64,000 nt of DNA from Antedon mediterranea (Eukaryota > Animalia > Echinodermata): positions 20,597,237 to 20,661,236 of the forward strand of contig NC_092672.1 in the NCBI RefSeq assembly GCF_964355755.1, given 5' to 3'. Under the pieces are notes generated by a model. It ran no database searches. It was not told the origin of the DNA and saw only the letters and a list, made by a program, of their open reading frames with translations. A program made the position numbers and the translations under genes. This document shows positions 1 to 13,174 of the stretch, piece after piece (position 1 is the first letter of the stretch; every line of letters starts with the position of its first letter).

Positions 1-152
1 TTTGATCTGATTTATGGAAAGTTATGGTGTTTTAAGGATTTATATTCATACATACAGACATATTCAAACAATGATTTTCAACAACTATGATAATTATGAT
101 AATTATGCTCAATTTATATCATAAATTTGGAAACTTGTCTTCAACCATTTAG

Positions 153-3100
153 AGTTGTCAGAGGATAATTTTAAACAGTTGATTGCAGACTTTGCAAAAT
201 GGTTTGATGATCGTGGTCTCCTTAAAAGGCTACAAGTTCTATGCATAGAAATAGTAGATGACATCGAAGAGTTGAAAAGGGTTACCAGTACAATCAACCT
301 GTTAGCTCTTTTAACTGTAAATGGACAATTGAGTCAAACAAATCTTTCTGTCCTGTATGATGCAATAAAAGTAACAGAACAATTTGGCTTTCAGTCAGTC
401 ATTAAAGAAAAGCTTTACATACCTGTCCTAATACAGCTTATGAGCTTTAAAGTCACTCATTTGTTGGCGATGAATGCTTTTTCCCATCAAAGTTTTTTGT
501 CCAATTATAAAATGAATATCATGACAAAAAGCATAACTGTCTAACCATTTTTTGCAAACCAGATCTCTATGTTTGTTAAGCCTGTTAATCTCCCCACTAG
601 ACTAGACTCATTAATGTACAATAGTTAGCATATGATGCATCGTATAGATATGGAAGGCAATAAACAAATGACATAGACCATTTTAAATCTCTATGTTTTT
701 GTAGCCTCTTTATCTATCCACTAGAATAGACTCATTAATGTACAATAGATAGCATCTGATGGATCATGTAGATATGGAAGGCAACAAACAACTGACATAC
801 AGTAGACCATTTTAAATCTCTATGTTTTTGTAACCTCTTTATCTACCCACTAGACTAGACTCATTAATGTACAATAGATAGCATCTGATGGATCATGTAG
901 ATATGGAAGGCAACAAACAACTGACATAGACCATTTTAAATCTCTATGTTTTTGTAGCCTCTTTATCTACCCACTAGACTAGACTCATTAATGTACAATA
1001 GTTAGCATATGATGCATCATGTATGGAAGGCAATAAACAACTGACATAGACCATTTTAAATCTCTTTGTTTTTGTAGCCTCTTTATCTATCCACTAGACT
1101 AGACTCATTAATGTACAATAGATAGCATCTGATACACCATGTAGATATGGAAGGCAACAAACAACTGACATAGACCATTTTAAATCTCTGTTTTTGTAAC
1201 CTCTTTATCTACCCACTAGACTAGACTCATTAATGTACAATAGTTAGCATATGATGCATCATGTATATATGGAAGGCAATAAACAACTGACATAGACCAT
1301 TTTAAATCTCTTTGTTTTTGTAGCCTCTTTATCTATCCACTAGACTAGACTCATTAATGTACAATAGATAGCATCTGATACACCAAGTAGATATGGAAGG
1401 CAACACACAACTGACATAGACCATAGCAGAACAGTGCATCGAATCAATTGTGATACTGTACTCTTGATTATGACTAATATTATATCTGTTTTTTGTATAG
1501 ATACACAGACTGCTGCTCCTCTGGCTACAAGCTCATTAGAGACAGGTTAGTGGTTATCATTAGATCATTATGTCTCATATGGACAGTTTGTCTGAAATTA
1601 CATGAATATACATAATAGCATAACATCTTGGTGTCATTAGCAGAATAGTTGATTTAATACTGGTATTCTTGATTATGACTAATGTATATGTTTATTTTGC
1701 ATAGATGCACCTATTGCTGCTCCTTTGGCTGCAAGCTCATTAGGGACAGGTATAGGTGAGTAACATTAGATCATTAGGGACAGGTATAGGTGAGTAACAT
1801 TAGCTCATTAGGGACAGGTATAGGTGAGTAACATTAGATCATTAGGGACAGGTATAGGTGAGTAACATTAGATCATTGGAGACAGGTATAGGTGAGTAAC
1901 ATTAGATCATTAGGGACAGGTATAGGTGAGTAACATTAGATCATTAGGGACAGGTATAGGTGAGTAACATTAGATCATTAGGTACAGGTATAGGTGAGTA
2001 ACATTAGATCATTAGGGACAGGTATAGGTGAGTAACATTAGATCATTAGGGACAGGTATAGGTGAGTAATATTAGATCATTAGGGACAGGTATAGGTGGG
2101 TAACATTAGATCATTAGGGACAAGTATAGGTGAGTAACATTAGATCATTAGGGACAGGTATAGGTGAGTAACATTAGATCATTAGGGACAGGTATAGATG
2201 AGTAACATTAGATCATTAGGGACAGGTATAGGTGAGTAACATTAGATCATTAGGGACAGGTATAGGTGAGTAACATTAGATCATTAGGGACAGGTATAGG
2301 TGAGTAGCATTAGATCATTAGGGACAGGTATAGGTGAGTAACATTAGATCATTAGGGCATTGTTACAACCACTTATGTAGTACCAGCTATAATAAAAACT
2401 ACTGCTAAGAGAGAAACAATAAATATATCATATCATTTATTTCATTTGAACAAATACAAACATGAAAACAGAACAATTGTAAATCAATGAGGCAGGATTA
2501 CCTAACATAACAGTCGCGAAGCCAAAATAAGACATTCAAACATATTTAAAACATAATTAAAAACACATTTTTTGTAAGAAATTTAACATTTCTGTATATG
2601 AATGACAAGATAGTTTAAATTGTATGAAGTTAAATTTATTACAGCAAAATCCACCACAGGTTAGCTAATTCCTCAAAATAATCAAAGCCGAACAAATCAG
2701 AATGGAATCATGCTTATATTTCTTCTAACTTTCAGAAACATCAAATTATCAACATTATTTTCTTTGATATTATTAATTTGAATACTATAAAACCAATGTT
2801 CAAATAGTAGGAAAAACTTTTCTACGTAGGAAAAGTGGTCAAAATATTAACCAAAAAATCCATGAAAACAAAACAGCAATTTGTTAAGAGATTGATTCAC
2901 ACATATATATATAAACTTTTATGGGGATAAAAATGCAATAATTATCCATCATTTGTTTTGCAGAAAATACATTGCAAGAAAAGTATTTTATATTACTAAA
3001 ATATAAATATGCTTATTTTGCGGTGAAACATTTTAAGATTTGTTTAAGAGTGACTAGTATCAATCATAGTATAATAATTCTCAAACACTTGTTTTTGTAG

Positions 3101-4253
3101 TAAATACATCACAAGAACAATTCAACAAGTTGAAGTATGATCTTGGTTTACTCTATATTGGTGAGCGACTGCTGTTGTTGAAATGCTGTCTATTTGAACA
3201 CGTAGACTTACATCACCTTGGCAAGTCAAGTTGCACAGCAAATTACCTATTAAACCAACTACATGAACGTCGTTATATCACACCTACTAATATCCGTCTG
3301 TTGCTAGAAGTGGCTGAGATTTCACAGTTGAAAGATGCTGAAGATCTCATAAATCAATATGTTGTAACCAACAAGGTTCCAAACACTGATGAAGGAACAA
3401 AGTCAGTTTCACCATATAGGAAACGATTGTGCATGGCATTGCAGCAATTTGACCCACATAAGTTAAATGATGTAATTGCTTACTATGGATTGAACTTATT
3501 AAGTTTACCAACAATTTGGGAATTAGTGTTTCACCTTGAAAGCAATAGAAAATTACTAGAAGAATCAGAAAGAAAGAGGTTGGCTGAGCTTCTTGGACCA
3601 ATCGCTAAGAGCATACTATTCAATGGTATGTATGTTGTATCATGTATAAACATCATTTATAACAATTGAAGTTAATTTATGTGATTTCTTACATACACAG
3701 TGTGATTATAAATAATGTAAGCCATGTAAAGTATATTCAACTATAAATCTCATTTAAATATTGATAGCATAACCTGCATCATTACACCAGAATTGTTAAA
3801 AGAGTAAAAATCAATCTCATAATTATACATGTAAAGACCATTTGCACTGTACACAATATCTTGTTTGACACAACTTTATCTATGTTTGTTAAAGAGTAAT
3901 TACTAATTTTTAAGAACAGAAAGTTTACACATTCACATTTTGAACACTTTGCTGACATTAAAAGTCTTTTATACTGAAGAAAAAACTTGCCTATCACAAA
4001 TAGGCATATGTGCATGGCAACATGCCCTTAGAAATAAGAGTACCTTTTTGAATGGCCTGCCTTGCGTATCCATGCAAAAATCTATTAGAAAATATGTATT
4101 TTTAAAATGTGTTCCTATGTTTTTGTTATAGTTTTGTAAAAAAAAAATGAAAACAAATTTGAATTGAATGTTACCTATGATGACTTAAATGGCCTGTTTC
4201 AAATATGATACTATACAATAAAAGTTTTTCTAATTTTTTTTTCAGATGAATGA
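153..4253 (+). CDS. DED (death effector domain)-like multi-exon gene, 3' portion; the first visible exon may be disrupted
   Basis: Phase-1 exons with AG/GT: 153-~415 (LSEDNFKQLIADFAKWFDDRGLLKRLQVLC...NLSVLYDAIKVTEQFG; no clear donor), 1501-1545 (DTQTAAPLATSSLET), 1705-1749 (DAPIAAPLAASSLGT), 3101-3625 (QFNKLKYDLG...LLNQLHERRYITPTNIRLLLEVAEI, then a second helical repeat YRKRL...IWELVFHLE), terminal 4246-4253 (D-E-TGA). The helical pattern L..L...g.i...n...L.e resembles the death-fold DED. Confidence 0.65.
575..1424. repeat. Minisatellite, ~120-bp unit, ~7 copies (intronic)
   Basis: Recurring ccactagactagactcattaatgtacaatag...atggaaggcaacaaacaactgacatagaccattttaaatctct. Confidence 0.95.
1737..2357. 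repeat. 34-bp minisatellite (~18 copies) derived from an exon 3' end and its splice donor
   Basis: Unit tcattagggacaggtataggtgagtaacattaga; the first copy overlaps the end of exon 1705-1749. Confidence 0.95.
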
Positions 4254-4329
4254 GCAATTCCACTTCTATCCAAGCAGACAATTGAAAGAGTACCACAAAC
4301 ATGTAAAAATATCAAGACAATACTATTGC

Positions 4330-6585
4330 CATGCAAGGCAACCGAACGAGTAGGGTATCGTAACCAAAACGAGTATCATTACTATGCAAGACAACTAAAC
4401 AAGTAGGGTACCGTAACCAAAACGAGTATCATTACCATGCGAGAAAACCAAACGAGTAGGGTACCGTAACCAAAACAAATATCATTACCATGCGAGACAA
4501 CCAAAGGAGTAGGGTACCATAACCAAAACGAGTATCATTAATATACGAGACAAACAAACGAGTATGGTACCGTAACCAAAACGAGTAGGGTACCTTAACC
4601 AAAACGAGTAGCATTACCATGCAAGACAACCAAACAAGTAGGGTACCGTAACCAAAACTATTATCATTACCATGTGAGAAAACCAAACGAGTAGGGTACC
4701 ATAACCAAAACGAGTATCATTACCATGCAAGACAACCAAACGAGTAGGGTACCGAATCATAATGAGTATCATTACCATGCAAGACAACCAAACAAGTAGG
4801 GTGCCATAACCAAAACGAGTATCATTACCATGCGAGAAAACCAAACGAGTAGGGTACCATAACCAAAACGAGTATCATTACCATGCGAGGCAACCAAACA
4901 AGTAGGGTACCGTAACCAAAACGAGTACCATTACCATGCGAGAAAACCAAACGAGTAGGGTACCGTAACCAAAACAAGTATCATTACCATGTGAGACAAC
5001 CAAACGAGTATGGTACCGTAACCAAAACAAGTATCATTACCATGTGAGACAACCAAACAAGTAGGGTACCGTAACCAAAACAAGTATCATTGCCATGCGA
5101 GAAAACCAAACGAGTAGGGTACCGTAACCAAAACAAGTATCATTACCATGTGAGACAACCAAACGAGTATGGTACCGTAACCAAAACTAGTAGGGTACCT
5201 TAACAAAAACGAGTAGCATTACCATGCAAGACAACCAAATGAGTAGGTTATCGTAACCAAAACGAGTAGGACACAGTAACCAAAACGAGTATCATTACCA
5301 TGTGAGACAACCAAACGAGTATGGTACCACCAAAACGAGTAGGGTACCTTAACCAAAACGAGTAGCATTACCATGCAAGACAACCAAACGAGTAGGTTAT
5401 CGTAACCAAAACGAGTATCATTACCATGCAAGACAACCAAACAAGTAGGGTACCGTAACCAAAACAAGTATCATTACCATGTGAGAAAACCAAACGAGTA
5501 GGGTACCGTAACCAAAACGAGTATCATTACCATGCAAGACAACCAAACAAGTAGGGTACCGTAACCAAAACAAGTATCATTACCATGTGAGAAAACCAAA
5601 CGAGTAGGGTACCGTAACCAAAACGAGTATCATTACCATGCAAGACAACCAAACAAGTAGGGTACCGTAACCAAAACAAGTATCATTACCATGCAAGACA
5701 ACGAAACGAGTAGGGTACCATAACCAAAACAAGTATCATTACCATGCAAGACAACCAAACAAGTAGGGTACCGTAACCAAAACAAGTATCATTACCATGT
5801 GAGAAAACCAAACGAGTAGGGTACCATAACCAAAACGAGTATCATTAATATACGAGACAAACAAACGAGTAGGTTACCGTAACCAAAACGAGTATCATTA
5901 ATATACGAGACAAACAAACGAGTAGGGTACCGTAACTAAAACGAGTATCATTACCATGCAAGACAACCAAACAAGTAGGGTACCGTAACCAAAACTATTA
6001 TCATTACCATGCGAGAAAACCAAACGAGTAGGGTACCGAATCATAATGAGTATCATTACCATGCAAGACAAGACAACCAAACAAGTAGGGTACCATAACC
6101 AAAACAAATATCATTACCATGCGAGAAAACCAAACGAGTATGGTACTGAACCAAAAACGAGTATCAATACCATGCGAGACAACCAAACGAGTATGGTATC
6201 GTAACCAAAACGAGTAGGACACACAGTAACCAAAACGAGTATGGTACCGTAACCAAAACGAGTAGGGTGCCTTAACCAAAACGAGTAGCATTACCATGCA
6301 AGACAACCAAACGAGTAGGTTATCGTAACCAAAACTAGTAGGACACAGTAACCAAAACGAGTATCATTACCATGTGAGACAACCAAACGAGTATGGTACC
6401 GTAACCAAAACGAGTAGGGTACCTTAACCAAAACGAGTAGCATTACGGTGCAAGACAACCAAACGAGTAGGTTATCGTAACCAAAACGAGTAGGACACAG
6501 TAACCAAAACAGGTTTCATTACCATGTGAGACAACCAAACGAGTACGACACAGTAACCAAAACAAGTATCATTACCATGCGCGAC
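4330..6585. repeat. ~53-bp compound minisatellite downstream of the DED-like stop codon
   Basis: Unit aaccaaaacgagtatcattaccatgcaagacaaccaaacaagtagggtaccgt, built of two related subunits sharing aaccaaa(a)cRagta, with irregular subunit gains and losses. Confidence 0.95.
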
Positions 6586-8593
6586 GTACATGGAAACAGT
6601 TGTGTGCACTATTTAAAAGTAAAAGTAAAACACCTGCAATACCATTAATTACAATTGTATTCATCTTTTCAGATTACGTCCATATGAAATCTTTAAAATA
6701 TTGGCATGTTGCTGCTGATAACTTGACTTGAATAAAACGTATTTATTAACAATTATGGCGGCAGTACACAGCCACATGGATAGATTGGAATTTGAAGGCA
6801 AAAAAAACATTATTTTTAGATTGATAGTTGAAACCAATCAAACTGTGGTATGTTTGTAAATACCATTTGTTTTGTATATCCTTGTTGTCCTTTATTATTA
6901 GTATAATACAAAATATGTGCATTTCAAATTTCAAACTTATTAACATTCACTTGGAAACAGAATAATGTATACATTATAAATTGTATATCATTTTGTCTTT
7001 CTTATTTGTATTCATTATTCAGTTAAACATAAGTTTATAAAAACCATTACTTCTTAAGATGAAATACTTACTGTTAATGTTTTTTTTTAAATATAATTAA
7101 TCATTGGTGAACACTGGATTCTTGAAGGTCATCATGTGGATGTAAAATTCACATTTCACTGAGCATTCACAACCATTAAGAATAATTCTTAGTTACAATA
7201 AGAATATTCTGCAATGACAGTCAGTTTTAATGCCAACTTTTTTCACAATTTAATTTTTTTACTGCCATATAATTAAGTTTAGTTTTTAAATGTTTGTTTT
7301 ACTTTGTTTTTCTGAATAAAGAAACCTTTATATATTAGTCTTTAACTGTGTATGATATTCATAAATTAACAACATGTATTTTTATGTATAAATTTAATAA
7401 TCAGCAATTTTTCAAATTATTTTCTTAATGCTAACTCCTTTTCATAACTATGATACCAGTTATTCCGATGTTTACTTTTCAATTCAATTTCGTAACCGAT
7501 ATATGGCTAGAAATCCCATTTCTAGCCGTCCAATCTAATGGAATGGTATTGATGCTTTTATACAACATACTTGTTATATAATCTATCCACATTCTTGTTT
7601 TATGTAGTAAATATCATGTTTTTAATTGTTACCGTCTTTTCTTATTTGTTTTTAAGATTGCCAAACTTTGTACGGCTTTGCTATTCTTTCCATTTAAATA
7701 TATGTCGGGATTCTATTGTGATACATCTAGTGAATCACACAAATCAATTGGTTACCCACCAATTATGCCCAGTCTCAGCTGAAATATGTCCTATGTGTTC
7801 ACAACCCTTATATATATATATATATATATAAATCAAAAGAAAGTAAAACATGCAAACTAGATTGAAAATGAAAGCCATTTATTATACGATTGTACACAGC
7901 TAATATGTTATGATACCATATCATATAGGAATCAGTTTATAAAATGTAGTGTTAACTATCTGTCGGTTATTTTATACTCCAAAGCAGATGTATTTTGTGA
8001 TGTAGTTAAATATCTATGGACGTTTTATTACGAAAGGAAAATTATAAAACATATTTTAAATATTTTTATATCACTATTTTGAATTTAAAGTATCTAATTT
8101 ACAGTACTAAATTGTTTATATTTGTATGATACAATATTATAAATGAATAAAAGCGGGATGATATTTCCATGAAATATTTTTGAATACCGTGATAATAATT
8201 TGTATATTTTGAGCTTAATTCATTTTAAATCTTTGTCGTTGTAAGAAGAGAACACCTCAAGTATTGCATCCGCGTCTCTTTGGTTGCCGTTTAAATATCA
8301 CGTCATCATTCATCATCATTGCCGTTCGTGTTCATTATCATTGTCACTATCGTCATTATTATCAAATCATTCGTCACCATCATTCGAAACGGTATATTAA
8401 TATGCAACATATTTTTTCGGAATTCTGTGGGCAATTTGTACGAATGCGTGTCTTTAAATTATCTCTAGACTTCAAAAGTACATAATTAAATGCACCGTGC
8501 AGGAATCGGTAACTTCCAGAAAGAGATCCAAATACTTTGAGGAACTGTAAGCACGCCGAAAAAAAAACAACTCATCATGGTGAAGTGAACATG

Positions 8594-8702
8594 AACAAGG
8601 TTAACAGCCATAAGTCGCGTGCTAATACGCATAGTGATACCGGACCGACAGACCGACCGACCGACATAGTGAACTATAGAGTCGCGTCCACGCGACTAAA
8701 AA
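8594..8702 (-). mobile_element. Short (monomeric) Helentron-associated non-autonomous element (HINE/DINE-like)
   Basis: Same termini as 18012-18828: aacaagg..aacagcc..aagtcgcgtg ... GACM microsatellite ... agtcgcgtccacgcgactaaaaa hairpin next to an A/T run. Confidence 0.75.
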
Positions 8703-10607
8703 TAGTAGGCAAACATCATGAGTAAAAAATGGTCACGATAACTGGTGTGTAATACAAAATTGCTCAGTTGACCATAAATACAATAATATGATAATACGTC
8801 ATAATCATCGTAACCAACAACATTAAATAGTTAGATTATTCCTCATGAATGCTATAAATAATAAACTGAATGAAGCTACTCTAAATAAATATAAAGTTTA
8901 GTTTGGAGTTAACCGCTTAATGATGAGACCAGTGAGTTTGCAGAATTTGATAATTAACAACTTAATACAAAAAATAGAAAGACAAAAAAAAGAAGGTGGT
9001 CTATATTGCCAACGGAACTATTATGTGAGACACTTACCGACCACAACAACTGCCCTTTTGAATGCCTTTTGATTAAAGTTACATTACCAAGAATGTGCAA
9101 ACTCTTTAGCACCAATCGGTCGAACCATCACAACTTTATTCTTATCTGCTCGACGAATGAGATAAACACTAAGATCATAAATCACAATGAAGACACAGTT
9201 CTACGAGAGTTCGTCAGTTAGATCTTTCGGCCAATGTATACAATGGAGATGATCCTTGTCTCTCGGATGGTAATGTTAATGCCAAAACTAATTTATATAA
9301 TTCAATTATGCATGATACTTACAATGAGCATTTCCCAGTGATTACTAGCAGTAAGCGGGTTACAGATAAAACTGACGCACAACATAAGAAAATTAGTTAA
9401 TTAATTAAGTTGCTAAATTTAATTTAAGATAGATTTTAAAAACTGATCAATGGGCCAGACTTCGGAATTTTGTACAAAAAATAATTTAGGTTACCAGCAT
9501 AATTGCCATCAAGAGAACCTCCCCAGTTATATTCATATACTTTTTTTTGTATAATTTGTTCATCATTTTTATATTGTAATTGTATTTCTTTCATACGGTC
9601 TCGTGGAAGAACACATTTTGTTGTGAACGAGCCTCCGTTTTAAAATAAATATATTGTTATTATTATATATGCCTGGAAAGTACGGAAAAGGCTTAATATA
9701 GCTTGATTTAAAAACATCTAAAGCTGGTCATCCCGACAATTAACCAGTGAGCTTAATAATGGATTTTGCACCAAGTAACTCCAATTATCACGAATATGTT
9801 GAACAGTGTACTAGTGAAAGATATTTTTTTTTGAGGATTGGAAGAAGTCCACTCAGTTTACAATATGAAAGGTTAAAAATGCCAAGACTTTAAATGTGCT
9901 TAGACCTATCTCGCTCTCTCCATTTTTGTTTGAATATTTCATTTTCAATGGATTCTCTAGAATAACAGTGACGGATAAGAGGCAATAGCTGCAAGCAGAG
10001 CTCGACAGCTTTCCATCTTATCAGCGTCATTGACAAATCCTGAAGGGTTTTAAGAGAGATAGCTTTGATGCAAATATTTGTGTTCATCGTGTAGGTCACT
10101 CTGTATGTATCAATAGGTTAATTGAGCTTAGGATTTGGTCGTCAATGGCACATCATGAATACTCGATTTGCGGGAGTGGTCTCTGATACATACCAATTAA
10201 CTGTGGAGTACCTCATGGTAGCCTACTTTAATAGCACCTACCCTTTTCCTGGTGTTATTCAATGATGCACTCATTGTGTGCTGTGGAGGTTACAGTTACT
10301 TAAACAAGTGGTGCAATGTAATTTGTAATATGACACCGAAACTATCTAAATGTAAGGTGATGTCGTTACAACTATTAAGATGTTATTAAATTTAAAGTAA
10401 AAATGATTCAGTATTAAAGGTGTTGAAAATAATTACTCGATATTGTTATTCATAATAATTTAAAATGTGATACGAATACTGAGGAGATTGTTTCAAGAGA
10501 TCTGTGTTTGAAAATGATATATTGATAGATCTATTTATTGAACAAACAGTAGGCCTAATAAAAAAAAAGATGTGTGGGAATTGTATGTAGTTGAAACCGA
10601 AACACGA

Positions 10608-10787
10608 CATAAACGCCCTGGTACAATTGTGTGTATGCATTTGGCGGAGCGTTATTTGAGGGAAAATGCCCCGGGGCATTTAATATTTGAGGAGGTGGAA
10701 GGGTGGGCGTTTATTTCAAATGATGTTTTATGAAGGGGACGCGGCGCGTCATTCAAAGCGGGGCGTTTATTCGAATAAATACGGTAG
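10608..10787. mobile_element. Tc1/pogo-type MITE remnant (one intact end)
   Basis: Right end ggggcgtttattcgaataaatacgg followed by TA; internal gggcgtttat repeats; only a partial left end (ataaacgccc). Confidence 0.4.
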
Positions 10788-11688
10788 GTTATTAGTTTTA
10801 ATAAGTTAATCACTTCCGTAAAAAAACGACAAATGACAAAATAAATGGTTACATTCTCTCAAAAACGCATTTACTTGTAGCAATTTGACTCTTTTTAAAA
10901 TTACAGTTTTTCAGGTAAATTCAATTTTTGTCAAAGTGGATAACTATTAATGTGACATTAAAATGGCATCTGTAATTAACGTGGCCAAAATTACATTTCG
11001 ATGATTATGTTGACACCTTAAATAATGAACAAAATATATATTGCGATATTAATTTGATTAAAAAATCAGGATTAGGATATGACATTAAACAAAATTAAAA
11101 AAAACGTTATCACCACTTAATACGAAACGATCTGGGAAGACAACTTTAGCTTATGGTTATAAAAGATATCTCTGATTATTTGATGATAAATAGATGATTA
11201 TTGATGATGTATGAATTATTTGATCACAGTCATTCCAAATTACATCTTTCTTGCGTCTTTTAGTTAATAGATTATAATGATTAAGATATGGTTTGTTCTT
11301 CCAGGCCTAAAAAGGCTGTCGATTGCTTGATGATCGATTGATGAATAGGGTCACATCCCTACCATAGGCATAGGTCTGCAATATTTATTACACAATAGGA
11401 TATCCTGACTTGCAATGATCTCAACCATGATCCTGTTTTAGAATGATTTTTTGTTGTTGAAATTAGATAAATTCGTATTATTAGGCCTACTTTTTAAATT
11501 CATTAACATCACGTCATTTCAGTAATTTCCCAGGGACGTCTTCTTAAAAGGTTCCATGTCATCTCTTTAGACTTAGACCAAAGAGTATATATCACAAGAA
11601 TGAGTATTCCGCAATTTTTGCATGAGAAATCTGTAACAGAGAGCTCCAGAGAGAGTGATGCCTGCCCGCCCTAATAAGGGCGGATGTA

Positions 11689-12890
11689 TCTATATATAAA
11701 TTTACGTAAGGGCAAAATTCGGTAAATCGCGCGTTATTTCTAGAATGTTTACTCGATGGTATATAAAGTTGGTTAGAATCTCGGTACTGATTTTAACCAC
11801 CTGATGTAACCCTGTTTACTAATTAAATTTAGTTAGATAATTAGTTAATGACAATTAAAACGAATTTAGGTTCAACCATTTGCCCCAAATAGGGGTGTTT
11901 TCCGATCGTGGTATACACTGTCTAATGGATGTCCTCATGAAAAATACCTGTACACAATAATACGAGGATACTTCGCATTTTCCTATCTCCTCCTACGATA
12001 ATTGTTTTTAATAGCTGAAAACCGGTTGAACAGCTCGAGTACAGTATCATAATGTTGAGTACTATTTTGATAGATTTAATATAAGTTTATACAAATGTAT
12101 TGATTTGCGATGAATGGAACATTCCAAATTATTTGGTTTAACCATGCTTGCATACCTCCATGATTTAACACAAGTAGGTCAATTTATGAGACCTTTGAGA
12201 ATAAACATAAATAGTATTGTAAAGCTATACAATACTGTAAATAGGTATTAACCACTTTTGATAGCCATTTGAATCGCAAATTTCTTATTGTGTGTGTTGG
12301 TAGGCCTACTGTTTATTATAATATAAACAAATATACTAATAAACTTTATTACTGTGAGTGTGGGTAGCCCCTACTTTTAGATTATAAACACATAAATAAT
12401 ATAATACTTTGTTACTGACAGTTGCTTCTCAACGTTTGTATTAATTAATAATTACAAAAAGATATAAACGTCGTGGTGGTGTATCGTTACATGTACTTTT
12501 ACTACTTCAATCGACTATGACAGTGACAATTTTAACAGTTATTAAATCGGAAATGTTTTACTCTATTTAGTGTTATATTATTTATAGGCCTATTAAAAAA
12601 AACCCCAACCCTCAATAATGTTAGATACAAAACACAAATTGGGTTTGTTTAAATGAGTCCAAATCAAACATTTGGACTAATTTTGTGAGAAGTTTCTCTT
12701 TTGGAAGTAATTCGCACGGTGCTAATTTTGGTTGACTACATAATACATAAATAAATGTTTTATAGTCATGCGGTACGTAGGCCTACATTTTGAAATCGCC
12801 AGTTTTTTTACGCTGAAATTACTATGTATTCGAGAACCATATGTGGGCACGACCTAGATGGTACGCGAGCGAAGCGAGCGTACCATCTAG
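11689..12890 (+). mobile_element. Non-autonomous Helitron
   Basis: Starts A|TCTATATATAAA and ends with the hairpin ctagatggtacgc-gagcgaagcga-gcgtaccatCTAG|T. Inserted between A and T with no TSD, the canonical Helitron termini. Confidence 0.8.
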
Positions 12891-13174
12891 TACATACTAA
12901 ATAAGACTTGATTTAATAGATATTATACATGTCACATTACATAGAATTATGATAATATATTTTGCAATTGTAAACTATTTTATAATACATATTTATTAAC
13001 AAACTAGTGTACATTCACTTTTACAGACAATTATTTACTAACATGCTAAATTAGTTCACAAAAAAGGCCTAACACAGCAATAGGTGGTCCAGCCTTTGAT
13101 TAGTGAAACCGTCACAAAAAGTTGTATACATCCCAGGTACATCCTCACTCGTGGCGGCGCCCTACCACATGGAC

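Noticed and set aside
4432-6306. Several - strand ORFs with repeated GYGTLLVW peptides
   Set aside because: These are translations of the 53-bp minisatellite with shifting frames and no splice support.
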